Below, piece after piece: positions 1 through 9,095 of a DNA stretch of 64,000 nucleotides. The notes under the pieces were generated by a model. It was given only the letters and a program-made list of their open reading frames with translations. It was not told where the DNA came from and ran no database searches. This DNA comes from a virus (Duplodnaviria; Caudoviricetes), in IMG/VR virus record IMGVR_UViG_3300037484_000776, positions 1 to 64,000 of that record. The stretch is one strand, 5' to 3'. Position numbers and translations under genes: made by a program. Position 1 is the first letter of the stretch; the number at the start of each line of letters is the position of its first letter.

Positions 1-18
1 TACAACTAAATAGTAACG

Positions 19-45
19 AAAAAGGCCCCTGCTCGGGGCCTTTTT
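19..45. terminator. Bidirectional intrinsic terminator
   Basis: AAAAAGGCCCC-TGCTC-GGGGCCTTTTT: GC stem flanked by A and T runs. Confidence 0.8.
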
Positions 46-56
46 CATGTCTGGAA

Positions 57-133
57 CGCGCCTATACCGCGCCTATACCGCGCCTATACCGCGCCTATAC
101 CGCGCCTATACCGCGCCTATACCGCGCCTATAC
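57..133. repeat. Perfect tandem repeat, 7 x 11 bp (CGCGCCTATAC)
   Basis: Counted directly: units start at 57, 68, 79, 90, 101, 112, 123. Confidence 0.97.
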
Positions 134-536
134 CGGAGCCTAAAAAGCCCAGGTTTAGTTGGGACGGTCTTCGAGAACCGCGTATATCGCATAGATAAGG
201 GTGAAGGCACTAAGTGCCGTGAGGATAAGGGTCAGCGCTTGCATGAAATTACTCCAAAGTTAGGGTTGAGATTTGGAATGTTAAAATTAAAATAAAATTT
301 TAATTTTCCAAATAATTTTAGCCCGTATATAAAATAAGGGCAAGTGTCGCGCCTATAAAAGGTTAAGTGTAACGGTATAGGTGCGCGGAAACCCCCCGTC
401 CAGCAGGGCGTTCTAGGTGCGCCTATGGTGTTACGTTGATGGCGGTTTTATGGGCGCGTTAATCCGCACTGAAAAGAAGGCTTTCTAGGCGCGCCTGTAA
501 CCTCATGTCAAGTAAGGTTTTCTAGGCGCGCGGAAA

Positions 537-560
537 CCTCCCGCCCTTACGGGCGGGAGG
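537..560 (-). terminator. GC-rich hairpin, probable terminator of the leftward unit
   Basis: CCTCCCGCCC-TTAC-GGGCGGGAGG perfect 10-bp stem just past the stop of ORF 564-800; only a short U run. Confidence 0.55.
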
Positions 561-563
561 GTG

Positions 564-800
564 TCAGTAGCTAAAGGGGTTGGCGCGCTTGGACGGGGTG
601 CCTAGACTCGACGAATGCTTTACAGCATCGCTAGAGCTTAGTTGCACCCCTACTCCCCGGCCTTGGGTGGCGTATACACCAGCACACGTTGCCGTGTAGT
701 GCCATGACTTCCATCCCTTGCAATGCCCAGGCGGGAGAACGGTCACGGTAACGACGGGTGCACGGTAGGCAACCTTCCATTCTTCGCGTTTCTTTTTCAT
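564..800 (-). CDS. Hypothetical protein
   Basis: 78-aa ORF between the 893-1582 gene and a hairpin; no recognisable motif. Confidence 0.4.
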   Translation of the reverse strand: MKKKREEWKVAYRAPVVTVTVLPPGHCKGWKSWHYTATCAGVYATQGRGVGVQLSSSDAVKHSSSLGTPSKRANPFSY

Positions 801-892
801 CTGTGTTGGTCTCTGTTAGGCAAACAAAAAAGCCTACAGATTAGGCAGGCTTTGTTGCTTGCCCTGCCGTTGCGGGCAGGGCAGGGAGAGGG

Positions 893-1582
893 TTAGGCGG
901 CCTTGCGGGTCTCGGTGTCGGTCTCTACGCTTTGGAGCGCATCAAACGCGGCCTCAACTTCATCCGCATCCTCTGCGTTAAACTCAGCCGCACACCCTGC
1001 GTTAAACAGGGCCGCATACTCTGCGTCAGCCGCATCCTCTGCGTCAATCTGTGCCTTGTAATCTTGTGCTTCCTTTAGAAGTTTGGTCGCCAAGTCAGAG
1101 ACGTCCGCGCTGTACGTACGATTACCGCGCTTTTTGCCTTCCGCGGGATTCTTGAGCAACTTCAAAAGTTCCTCAAGGCCAAACTCGGTCTCTTCTCCAA
1201 CTGGCTTGTAATCAAACCAGGGGTTGGAGATTAGGGACGCGATGTCCCAATTTTCGCGACCGCCCATCGCATCCTCAGAGTCGCTATCGATGAAAGCCTT
1301 GTAAGCCTTGGTTTTTACGTTCTGAGTCAGACAGAGCGGGGCGTACGCTTGCATCCAAGCGGTCAGCTTGGTAACGCGGCTGCCCTTGGGCATGGCGGAG
1401 ATCAGACGGCCGACATAACCGCAGTCACCATACTGCTGCGCATGGGAGACCGCGGATGCGGCCGCTTGCCAGATACTGTTGTCCAGCTTGGCACCGCGGT
1501 TACCGATACTAGTGATCGCGGAACCAATCAGTTTGCCTTGGGAAGCGGCGGAATCGGAAACGATCAATTCGATGTTAGACAT
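893..1582 (-). CDS. Conserved phage hypothetical (early-gene type) protein
   Basis: 229 aa, AGAAGG RBS. Motifs IGNRGAKLD, RLISAMPKGSR and NPWFDYKP resemble a family I recall from early regions of lytic proteobacterial phages; acidic Ala-rich tail. Confidence 0.8.
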   Translation of the reverse strand: MSNIELIVSDSAASQGKLIGSAITSIGNRGAKLDNSIWQAAASAVSHAQQYGDCGYVGRLISAMPKGSRVTKLTAWMQAYAPLCLTQNVKTKAYKAFIDSDSEDAMGGRENWDIASLISNPWFDYKPVGEETEFGLEELLKLLKNPAEGKKRGNRTYSADVSDLATKLLKEAQDYKAQIDAEDAADAEYAALFNAGCAAEFNAEDADEVEAAFDALQSVETDTETRKAA

Positions 1583-1623
1583 GGGATTTTACCTTCTTAC
1601 ACGTTGGTTTATGGTTTGCTTCG

Positions 1624-2660
1624 ATTGAAGCTAGATAATCTTTAAGATAAAGATTATTTAGCTTAAATCAACTGCTAAACAACTGCTTAGCAAGGCGTAC
1701 CCTGCTAAGCAGTTGACCGTAACAGGGTGCTAAACCTGTTACGTGCACTACTTATTAAATCCATTTACATTTTTGGCGCTGTACGGACCGCATATCCGAT
1801 TAACCAGGGATTCTCACATCGCCCACGTGGTGCCTTTTCAATGTACACTTCCTGTGTACAGTCTCCCCCGCATTCTGGGGGCAAACCCTTAGCAGTCGAT
1901 CGCCTTGGGTCTGAGGCATACCATCAAGCTAACAACTTAGCTTGACCACTAGCTTACCTATGCTTTTGACCTTGCGGCCTTAGTCCAGATTCGCTAGCGT
2001 GCGTGGTACTTAGAGGTGACCTTACCTTTGCCCATCTGTTGAGCCGAAATTTTGCTGTAACCGGTCTGCGGGACGCGGGCTGCGCTTGGAGTCGGAAAGG
2101 TAGGGCAACCTTGCGAGCTTACTCGCCACTCCAATGGACCTTAGGTTTGTCCTCACAGTCCCCTAGGAAAAGAGACTGTAGGGGCGGCCTATCTGATGTA
2201 TGTATGTTATATGTTAGAGACTATCTAATGTGTGACCGGGTTCTCAAAAATCAGATACTATGATAAAGGAGGTATCCAAACCCGATCAGCGCGAACCATA
2301 CACACAAGGCCATCTGGAGCAAGGTGTCGAGATTCGGTAGTAGGGTAGCGGTCATCTTCTTATCCTCTTTGGGTTAGTGGTCTGAACGCTATTAAGAATG
2401 CAGCGTATATGCCAGTATGCTCGCGCCTAGGCCATCCCATTGTTTACTATAGTATACCCGCTGACGAACGGTAGTGTAGCGGTTTGGCCTAGGCTGGCAC
2501 GGGGTGAAAGTGACAGGTTTCTTTACAGTCTGTCCGTACTTTCACCTACAACAGGGACATGTACACGTGTTGTGACTGTAAAGAATACAAACAGACTAGA
2601 TAACAACAGGTTAGCTTGGTTTATGCTTACTCTTGTCCCATATAGAGGACAAGGGGTGTA
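1624..2660. ncRNA. Candidate large structured non-coding RNA or hairpin array
   Basis: About 1 kb without a convincing ORF, with at least 10 stems of 7-15 bp (see finding); no known RNA family recognised. Confidence 0.35.
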
Positions 2661-3013
2661 AAGAATCCTGACATGACATGACCCCATTGGTCGCGCCTAG
2701 ACCTGGCACGGCACGTGCTATTCGTGCGCGCGCCCGCTTCTTTATATACACCCGCTTTTAATAGCTTAAGGCTATCTACTATTGTTAGGCGTCTTGGTAT
2801 AGGTTAAGGCTATGTACTATTATTAAGGATAGTGGTATAGTTAAAGTCTATGGGGGAGGAATCCGTTCATGCGTGTACGTTTAGTGTACAGCCCGGACGT
2901 TTTTACGGGGCTCGACCCCTACCACACTTTTTATAGGGTTATTACGGCAGTCAGGGTGGACAGGCCCCTTTTAGAAACAACCTCAATTTCTAAACCAATA
3001 TGTCGTATGTTAT

Positions 3014-3307
3014 CGCGCCTAGACCGAGTAGATAACCGAGTAGATAACCGAGTAGATAACCGAGTAGATAAAAGGGAACCTAGACCGAGTAGATAAAAGG
3101 GAACCTAAACTTCGCGCCTAGACCGAGTAGATAAAAGGGAACCTAAACTTCGCGCCTAGACCGAGTAGATAAAAGGGAACCTAGACCGAGTAGATAAAAG
3201 GGAACCTAGACCGAGTAGATAAAAGGGAACCTAGACCTGGCACCTGAGGCTAAGAAATTATCGCGCCTAGACCGAGTAGATAAAAGGGAACCTAAACTTC
3301 GCGCCTA
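3014..3307. repeat. Nested direct-repeat array (12, 25 and 38 bp units sharing CCGAGTAGATAA)
   Basis: Ten copies of CCGAGTAGATAA at 3024, 3036, 3048, 3060, 3085, 3123, 3161, 3186, 3211, 3272, interleaved with AAGGGAACCTA and CGCGCCTAGA. Confidence 0.95.
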
Positions 3308-3473
3308 GACTGGTGGTAGAACGTAGGTAGTAATTTTTATAATTTTAAGGTATACTTTTATTAAACCGGCGAAAGATAATTTTTAAGTTAGCAACTAGTA
3401 GTTAGTAGTTAGTAGTTAGTTTTGGAGGTTGAGATGGAGACGGAGATAACGGTGGAGATAGCGGAGCGGGCAA

Positions 3474-4286
3474 ATGAATACTTACCTTGCTAGAAGGACT
3501 GTTGAAGGTGAAGTACCACCTGTCCGCAAGAGGGCACGGGCACGGGGGCCGGCATGGTCGGGTGGAGAGGTCGGCGGTAGTAGGGGTAGTGGTAGTGGTA
3601 GTGATATGGGCGTGGGTGGCGGTATGAGTGGCGGTATAGGGGCGGGATCAGGGGTCGAGATGATCTCCGACGAAGAGGTACGCCCTCTGGTAGGGAGCTT
3701 CATAGCTCTCTTGCCGAACTACAGCCGAGAACTGTTGGTGGAGGTAATAGGGCTTGTCGAATCTGAAAGGGCTTCTCGTAACGCTCTCTTTGCCGACTAC
3801 GGCATTGGCGAGGGCCATATAAAGGGTGCGGGCGTGGTCGAGGGGGTTGGAGGGGTTGGAGGGGTTGGAGGGGTTGGAGGGGTTGGAGGGGTTGGAGGGG
3901 TTGGAGGGGTTGGAGGTAGGGAGTTGGTCAGGGGGGAAGGGGCGGGTGCGGGTGTGGTTGGAGGCGGAGGCGTGGACTTGTCTGATTCCGGGCTCGTGCG
4001 CGAGGTCGAGGATCTGATAACGACAATCCGTGCTTTGCACAAACACTTCATGAGCGGCCCTGGAGGAGCTCCTAGGGAGGACATGTTAGCCCGAGAGGCT
4101 GTTGCCTTGATTTCTGCTGCATCTTCTGCTATATCCAACCTTGTAAAATTTAGGGAGCGAGTGCATAATGTGACACGAATCGCTGCTCTAGAGCGAGCTG
4201 TTGTTGAGGTTTTGAGGTCGGAGGATAGCGACCTACAGGACAGGGTTATGGCAGCCTTTGAAAGGGAACTGTCTAATTTAGGTTGA
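3474..4286 (+). CDS. Gly-rich protein with helical C-terminus; possible terminase small subunit
   Basis: 270 aa. Low-complexity N-half with GGV repeats; amphipathic helical C-terminal ~100 aa; first gene of the rightward unit, downstream of the repeat array. TerS identity is inference. Confidence 0.55.
   Translation: MNTYLARRTVEGEVPPVRKRARARGPAWSGGEVGGSRGSGSGSDMGVGGGMSGGIGAGSGVEMISDEEVRPLVGSFIALLPNYSRELLVEVIGLVESERASRNALFADYGIGEGHIKGAGVVEGVGGVGGVGGVGGVGGVGGVGGVGGRELVRGEGAGAGVVGGGGVDLSDSGLVREVEDLITTIRALHKHFMSGPGGAPREDMLAREAVALISAASSAISNLVKFRERVHNVTRIAALERAVVEVLRSEDSDLQDRVMAAFERELSNLG
3843..3914 (+). repeat. In-frame VNTR, 8 x GGGGTTGGA (encodes GVG/GGV)
   Basis: Counted directly. Confidence 0.95.
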
Positions 4287-4344
4287 GGTTCTGTTAGTAG
4301 AATTTTATTGGTTGGTGTTTTGTGGTTTTTAGGAGGAGAGAGGA

Positions 4345-5391
4345 ATGGCTTTAACAATACTTGCTGGAGACAGCTTTCTGACTTATGCGGAAGAGGGAGA
4401 TCTATCTCGCTATTACGATGCCGCGGACGGGGTTAAGTATACTTTTGCCACTACTGGAGGGGTGTTTAATGGCCCTTATTTATTTGGGGGCGCAGCCGGG
4501 TTGAATGTCAATCAAGATGTTACAATCCTGTCTAAAAATATACCAGCAACTCAAAAACTTATTGCTGGAGTATGGGCCATTGGAACTTACACTGGGGGTG
4601 CTCAAAGCCCTTTTCTTTGTTTAAGGGCATTGGGAGCGACCCAGTCGCAAATTAACTTAGTGTACTCTAATGGGGTTGTTCACGTTTATAGCCAGACTAC
4701 TTTACTAGGTTCGGCTGCTTGTAGTTTATCGTCTTGGGGCTTTTTGGAATTATACGCAAATATAGACCAGTCTCCCAATGGGCAGATAAGCGTATTTTTG
4801 AATGGTGATGAAATACTTACTTTAACTGGAATAGATACTCAAAGTCATGCTTCTATAAATACTGCCAGTTCTATAGACATAAGACCTACAGGATCAACCA
4901 GCGCTGGTGACGTATTCGTAGGACCTTGGTATTGCGGCAGTTGCACAGCTAAAACGGACAGGCTTGGACCTATTAAAGGTGTACTGTTAAAGCCAAACGC
5001 AGATACCGCGGATGCTGATTTTACTTTGTCAACTGGGGTCAATGGTTATGCTTTAATAGACGATGTGCCGGATACGGACGATACAGATTATATACACGGT
5101 AATGTGAGTGGGGATAAGTCTATATTCGATTTGGAAAGTATACCGGCAGGGACATTCGGGACTATTCACTTTGTCAAAGGCTTTGCTATTGCTAAGGCGG
5201 AGAACTTTACCGGACATAAATTAAAGGTAGGGGTTAAGTCTGTTGCATCTTCTACTTATAGTGCAGATGCCTTGCCTAAATTGGTTTATGAGAATAGGAT
5301 TGCTTTGGCGCAAACAAATCCTGATGGGGGTGGGGCTTGGACGGAGAGTGCTCTGAATGCGGCGCAGATTAGTGTTGAACTTACGACCTAA
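4345..5391 (+). CDS. Virion structural protein, beta-rich (ConA/lectin-like N-domain)
   Basis: 348 aa, GGAG RBS, beta-strand pattern; C-terminal NPDGGGAWTESALNAAQISVE typical of phage tail-associated proteins. Confidence 0.7.
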   Translation: MALTILAGDSFLTYAEEGDLSRYYDAADGVKYTFATTGGVFNGPYLFGGAAGLNVNQDVTILSKNIPATQKLIAGVWAIGTYTGGAQSPFLCLRALGATQSQINLVYSNGVVHVYSQTTLLGSAACSLSSWGFLELYANIDQSPNGQISVFLNGDEILTLTGIDTQSHASINTASSIDIRPTGSTSAGDVFVGPWYCGSCTAKTDRLGPIKGVLLKPNADTADADFTLSTGVNGYALIDDVPDTDDTDYIHGNVSGDKSIFDLESIPAGTFGTIHFVKGFAIAKAENFTGHKLKVGVKSVASSTYSADALPKLVYENRIALAQTNPDGGGAWTESALNAAQISVELTT

Positions 5392-5409
5392 AGGGATGGA
5401 GTAAGTATC

Positions 5410-6159
5410 ATGGGTACGCGAGTTCTATATAATTGGGAGCAAGATCAGTCGGTTACGGGATGGACGTATACCGGCGGGGCTGGAGCGGGCGATTGGGGGA
5501 CAAGTGTCACCCCTTCGTGTGCGGCGGGCACGTTAGAGGTTAGGGGCAGCAATACTTGGTGGTTGTCGGCTGCTAATGGTGCGATCAGCGCAGACTCTAC
5601 CCTATATAAAGACTTTTCTGTTTCTTCTTTTGCTACTGACATTGATGCAGGGAATGCTACTTATGTAGGTGATGTTTGGATTGCTACTTATTCTGCCAAT
5701 AATGATAAAGGAAGACTATCATTAGAGTTTTACGATGGGTCTAGTGTAATAATAGGTTCGCGCTTAAGTGGAGCTTATTTAGATCCGGGGTGTACTTGGA
5801 CACAACAGACCTTAAACGGGACAGTCCCTGCAAATACAAGGACAATTAGATTCTTATATGACGGGGACTATGTTTCTGGGTCTATGTTAAATGCTTATTA
5901 TAGCGATGGTTTTTTAAGCATCAGTGGGCCTGGGATAGCTGACGACATATATAATAAGGTTACTGCTGCTGGTCTGGAAACTTTTTACGGCCCTGATACG
6001 GATGAGTATGTTAGGGTTACTGCGGGCGGGGTTGAAGTATTTTATGGGCCAGATACCGATGAATATGTTAGAGTTACTGGATTGGGGATAGAGGTTTTTG
6101 GCTCTATTTACGTTCCTATAGCGTATAATTACCCTATAATAAGTGGAATAATTTGTTAG
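5410..6159 (+). CDS. Carbohydrate-binding-module-like virion protein with C-terminal 20-aa repeats
   Basis: 249 aa, galactose-binding-fold-like pattern (LEFYDGSS...WTQQTLNGTVPANTRTIRF); repeats of VTAxGxExFYGPDTDEYVR. Confidence 0.65.
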   Translation: MGTRVLYNWEQDQSVTGWTYTGGAGAGDWGTSVTPSCAAGTLEVRGSNTWWLSAANGAISADSTLYKDFSVSSFATDIDAGNATYVGDVWIATYSANNDKGRLSLEFYDGSSVIIGSRLSGAYLDPGCTWTQQTLNGTVPANTRTIRFLYDGDYVSGSMLNAYYSDGFLSISGPGIADDIYNKVTAAGLETFYGPDTDEYVRVTAGGVEVFYGPDTDEYVRVTGLGIEVFGSIYVPIAYNYPIISGIIC

Positions 6160-6170
6160 GATTATTAAAA

Positions 6171-9095
6171 ATGATAGACCTTCTAATACCTTCGGTAGTT
6201 GACGCCTCCTCTAATTTTGCTAGGGCAGTGGTTTCTGTTGTCCTGGTAGATGGGGATGGAGAGGAACGAGTCGGTTGGCAGGTGTCAACTGGTGTCGGTA
6301 TTGTGCAGCATAAGGAGATAGTGTTGCCGGAAGAAGGGATTACCTTGTCGTTGGTGCCACAAGATGATATAGCTATAGATGCTTTGGGTGGGGCGACTTA
6401 TTATAAGATTATAATTAGTTCCTCTAATAAGTCAGAAAGCTATATGGTTGCTCTTCCTAGTGATGAAGAGTCGTATACTTTATTTGAGTTGGTTGGTTTA
6501 AGTGGAGTTGTTCCAGGCTCTTTACTTTATGGAAGGCTTTTGACTTCGGCCGAGAGGGCTGGCATGGATGCAGTTAGTGAGCCAATAACAGCTCTAAATC
6601 CCTTTGCCACTATGGCAGACGTTGTGGAAGGAACGGCAGGGGTTGTTACGTTTGAAGGTAGGAGCGGAGCTGTTGTTGCCACGGCCGGAGATTACACGGC
6701 AGCCGAGGTCGGGGCTGAGCCTGCTGGCACTGTTGCTACGCACGCAGGGAATGCTTCGGCGCACCATGCGTTGGTAACGGTATCTGGAACTCCCGACTAT
6801 ATTACCCTTAGTGGGCAAGACCTGGTTCGCGGGTCGGTAGATTTAGCAGCTGATGTGACTGGGGATCTGCCTTTGGCGAATTTGGCCCAGGCGGCAGCGG
6901 CATCTACTTTGTTGGGTCGCGGTAGTGCTTCGGGTGCGGGAGATTGGCAGGCTTTGGCGCTTGGCACTAATCTCAGCATGTCAGGGACTACGTTGAATGC
7001 TGCTGATGGAGTGGGGGTAACGAACCTAAGTATTGCGAACGCTGGAGTATCCACGCTTGATATAGCGTCGGATACTGGTACTGACGCCACTATTCCATCT
7101 GCTACAGCATCTGCTGCTGGATTGGCTACTGCTGCTCAGATAACGAAGCTGGACGGTATTGCAGCAGGGGCGACTGTTGAAGGGGCCGCTGGCGATGCTT
7201 TTGCTTCTTCTCATCCTGGGGGAAATTCCCATATTGACTGGGCTTCGGATCAAGGGGCTACTGATATTCATTCTGGTAATATTCCTGATTTATCAGGTAC
7301 TTATGCAGTAGTCGCAAATGGGGTTACTGGAGGGGATAATCACGACCATAGTGGTGGGGATGGGGCACAGATTTCGTACACGGCTCTTGGCAGCGTACCT
7401 TCACCATCCTTTGGTGTTATAGCTGTTGCGGGACAAGACAATGTAGTTGCCGATACCGATCCTGATACCTTAACTTTGGTTGCTGGCACCAGTATAGAGT
7501 TACTGACTAACGCTACGTCTGATTCTATTACTATTAATACCCCTAGACTGGTATCTGGCTTTATTAATCGCACCGATACCACACTTGGCTTTGCCTCTAA
7601 TACTTTTACACTTGGTAAAGTAAATAATTACAGGGTTTGGTCTAATTCCGAGCCATTTGATTATACTGCCAGTGAAGCTATTGCCATTCCTGATGTAACC
7701 GGGTTTTACTTCTTATATATAGATGAGAACGGAGAGCTTATACTTGATGAGATTCCGTTTGATTTCTCTTCGGCTGATGGTTTTATTGCATCCTTATATT
7801 ATAATTCCACAAATCCAACTGAGTATGTCTTAGGGGAGGAGAGGCACAGTTATTTTAGGAACCCTCTTGCTCACGCTGTGGCTCACGGCTCGATTGGATC
7901 TTTCTGGAAGAATGGGCTTGTAGGAACTTTTGGTGATGTTAACGGCAGTATGTCTATTTCTGCCGGACAGTTTAATGATGAGGATTTAGCACACGTATTC
8001 TCAGGCGCAACTACCCAAGCCCGAATAGTTTATCTGGATGCCAGTGGATGGCGCTGTGAAGCTTTAAGTTCTGATATAAGGAAGACTTCTGGCGGTATTA
8101 TCCAATGGAATAACGGTACGGCTCTAGCTTCCCCGGCGGCAAGCGATTACGTGTGTTACTGGGTTTTCGCGGCTAATACAGGGCAAATTCATGTTGTAGT
8201 TGGGCAACAGACCCATACTACCAGTGCAGCGGCCTTAACAATTGTTCCAGACTCCCTTACTTTGCCCCCCTGGTTAAATATAGAGGGCCGCCTTCTCTAC
8301 AAGATAATTTATCAAAGGACGGCTGGCACCCCTACTGGAGACATCTTCCAGACTCCTATTGATTATCGTAGGGTAACTATCGTAGGTGGAACAACCCTTG
8401 CCAGTAGCTTCCTGTCATCGGTTTTGCCCAGCAGCCAGATCCTAGTCGGTAGTGCCAGCAATATAGCTTCTCCTGTTGCTATGAGTGGCGCAGCTACCAT
8501 AACTAATGCAGGAGTAGTAGACCTAGTAGCTGGTACTGTATCTCTTTCTGAGATGGCCAACCTTGCTCAAGACCAGTTTATTGGGCGCACTACAGCCAGC
8601 ACCGGGGTTCCCGAGACAACTACTATTACTGCTGCGGCCCGCACAGTTCTTGACGATACTACTGTTTCTGGTATGGTAGATACTCTTGGAGGTGCGTCTT
8701 CTACCGGGACTGGTGGGTTAGTACGGGCCGCTGCTCCAACTATTTCCCCTCTGCTATCTACGTACACTATACAAGGGTATACTGGTCTCACGGCATCTGG
8801 TGCGGTAATCACCATACCTTTGGATGGTAGGTCCTATACCTATACACTACCTGAGAACACGACCATCGCGCTAAGTGGTGAGCCTACTCCACCGATATGT
8901 GCGGAGATAGACATCGTGCTTAAGCAAGCTGCGAGCGGTGGACCATATACCATCGCCTATCCCGCGGCCTGGAACTGGCCTGGCGGTATCGCGTCTACTA
9001 TGCCCATTACGGCGAACGCCCGTATGCGTATCGTAGTTTCCTCAGATGCCGCTGGCGTGATTGATGCATCGGCCATGTGGATGAAGACAGTCTGA
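6171..9095 (+). CDS. Long tail fibre / receptor-binding protein
   Basis: About 974 aa, Ala/Gly/Thr/Ser rich with modular fibre-like segments. Start placed at ATG 6171 (AGGA RBS); the ORF track begins at 6153. Confidence 0.75.
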   Translation: MIDLLIPSVVDASSNFARAVVSVVLVDGDGEERVGWQVSTGVGIVQHKEIVLPEEGITLSLVPQDDIAIDALGGATYYKIIISSSNKSESYMVALPSDEESYTLFELVGLSGVVPGSLLYGRLLTSAERAGMDAVSEPITALNPFATMADVVEGTAGVVTFEGRSGAVVATAGDYTAAEVGAEPAGTVATHAGNASAHHALVTVSGTPDYITLSGQDLVRGSVDLAADVTGDLPLANLAQAAAASTLLGRGSASGAGDWQALALGTNLSMSGTTLNAADGVGVTNLSIANAGVSTLDIASDTGTDATIPSATASAAGLATAAQITKLDGIAAGATVEGAAGDAFASSHPGGNSHIDWASDQGATDIHSGNIPDLSGTYAVVANGVTGGDNHDHSGGDGAQISYTALGSVPSPSFGVIAVAGQDNVVADTDPDTLTLVAGTSIELLTNATSDSITINTPRLVSGFINRTDTTLGFASNTFTLGKVNNYRVWSNSEPFDYTASEAIAIPDVTGFYFLYIDENGELILDEIPFDFSSADGFIASLYYNSTNPTEYVLGEERHSYFRNPLAHAVAHGSIGSFWKNGLVGTFGDVNGSMSISAGQFNDEDLAHVFSGATTQARIVYLDASGWRCEALSSDIRKTSGGIIQWNNGTALASPAASDYVCYWVFAANTGQIHVVVGQQTHTTSAAALTIVPDSLTLPPWLNIEGRLLYKIIYQRTAGTPTGDIFQTPIDYRRVTIVGGTTLASSFLSSVLPSSQILVGSASNIASPVAMSGAATITNAGVVDLVAGTVSLSEMANLAQDQFIGRTTASTGVPETTTITAAARTVLDDTTVSGMVDTLGGASSTGTGGLVRAAAPTISPLLSTYTIQGYTGLTASGAVITIPLDGRSYTYTLPENTTIALSGEPTPPICAEIDIVLKQAASGGPYTIAYPAAWNWPGGIASTMPITANARMRIVVSSDAAGVIDASAMWMKTV

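Noticed and set aside
47-295. 82-aa ORF with RLYRAYTAPIP repeats
   Set aside because: Product of the 11-bp tandem read across frames; starts right after a terminator with no RBS
1727-2661. Three + strand ORFs of 72-86 aa
   Set aside because: Alternative start codons, no RBS, no protein-like features; region better explained as structured non-coding DNA
2869-3096. 75-aa ORF with DNRV repeats
   Set aside because: Repeat-derived translation of the 12-bp tandem
3014-3307. Possible CRISPR array
   Set aside because: No unique spacers between repeats, irregular unit lengths, no cas genes
3482-4357. Minus-strand Pro-rich ORFs (PPTPPT, NPSNPS)
   Set aside because: Antisense shadows of the G-rich VNTR gene
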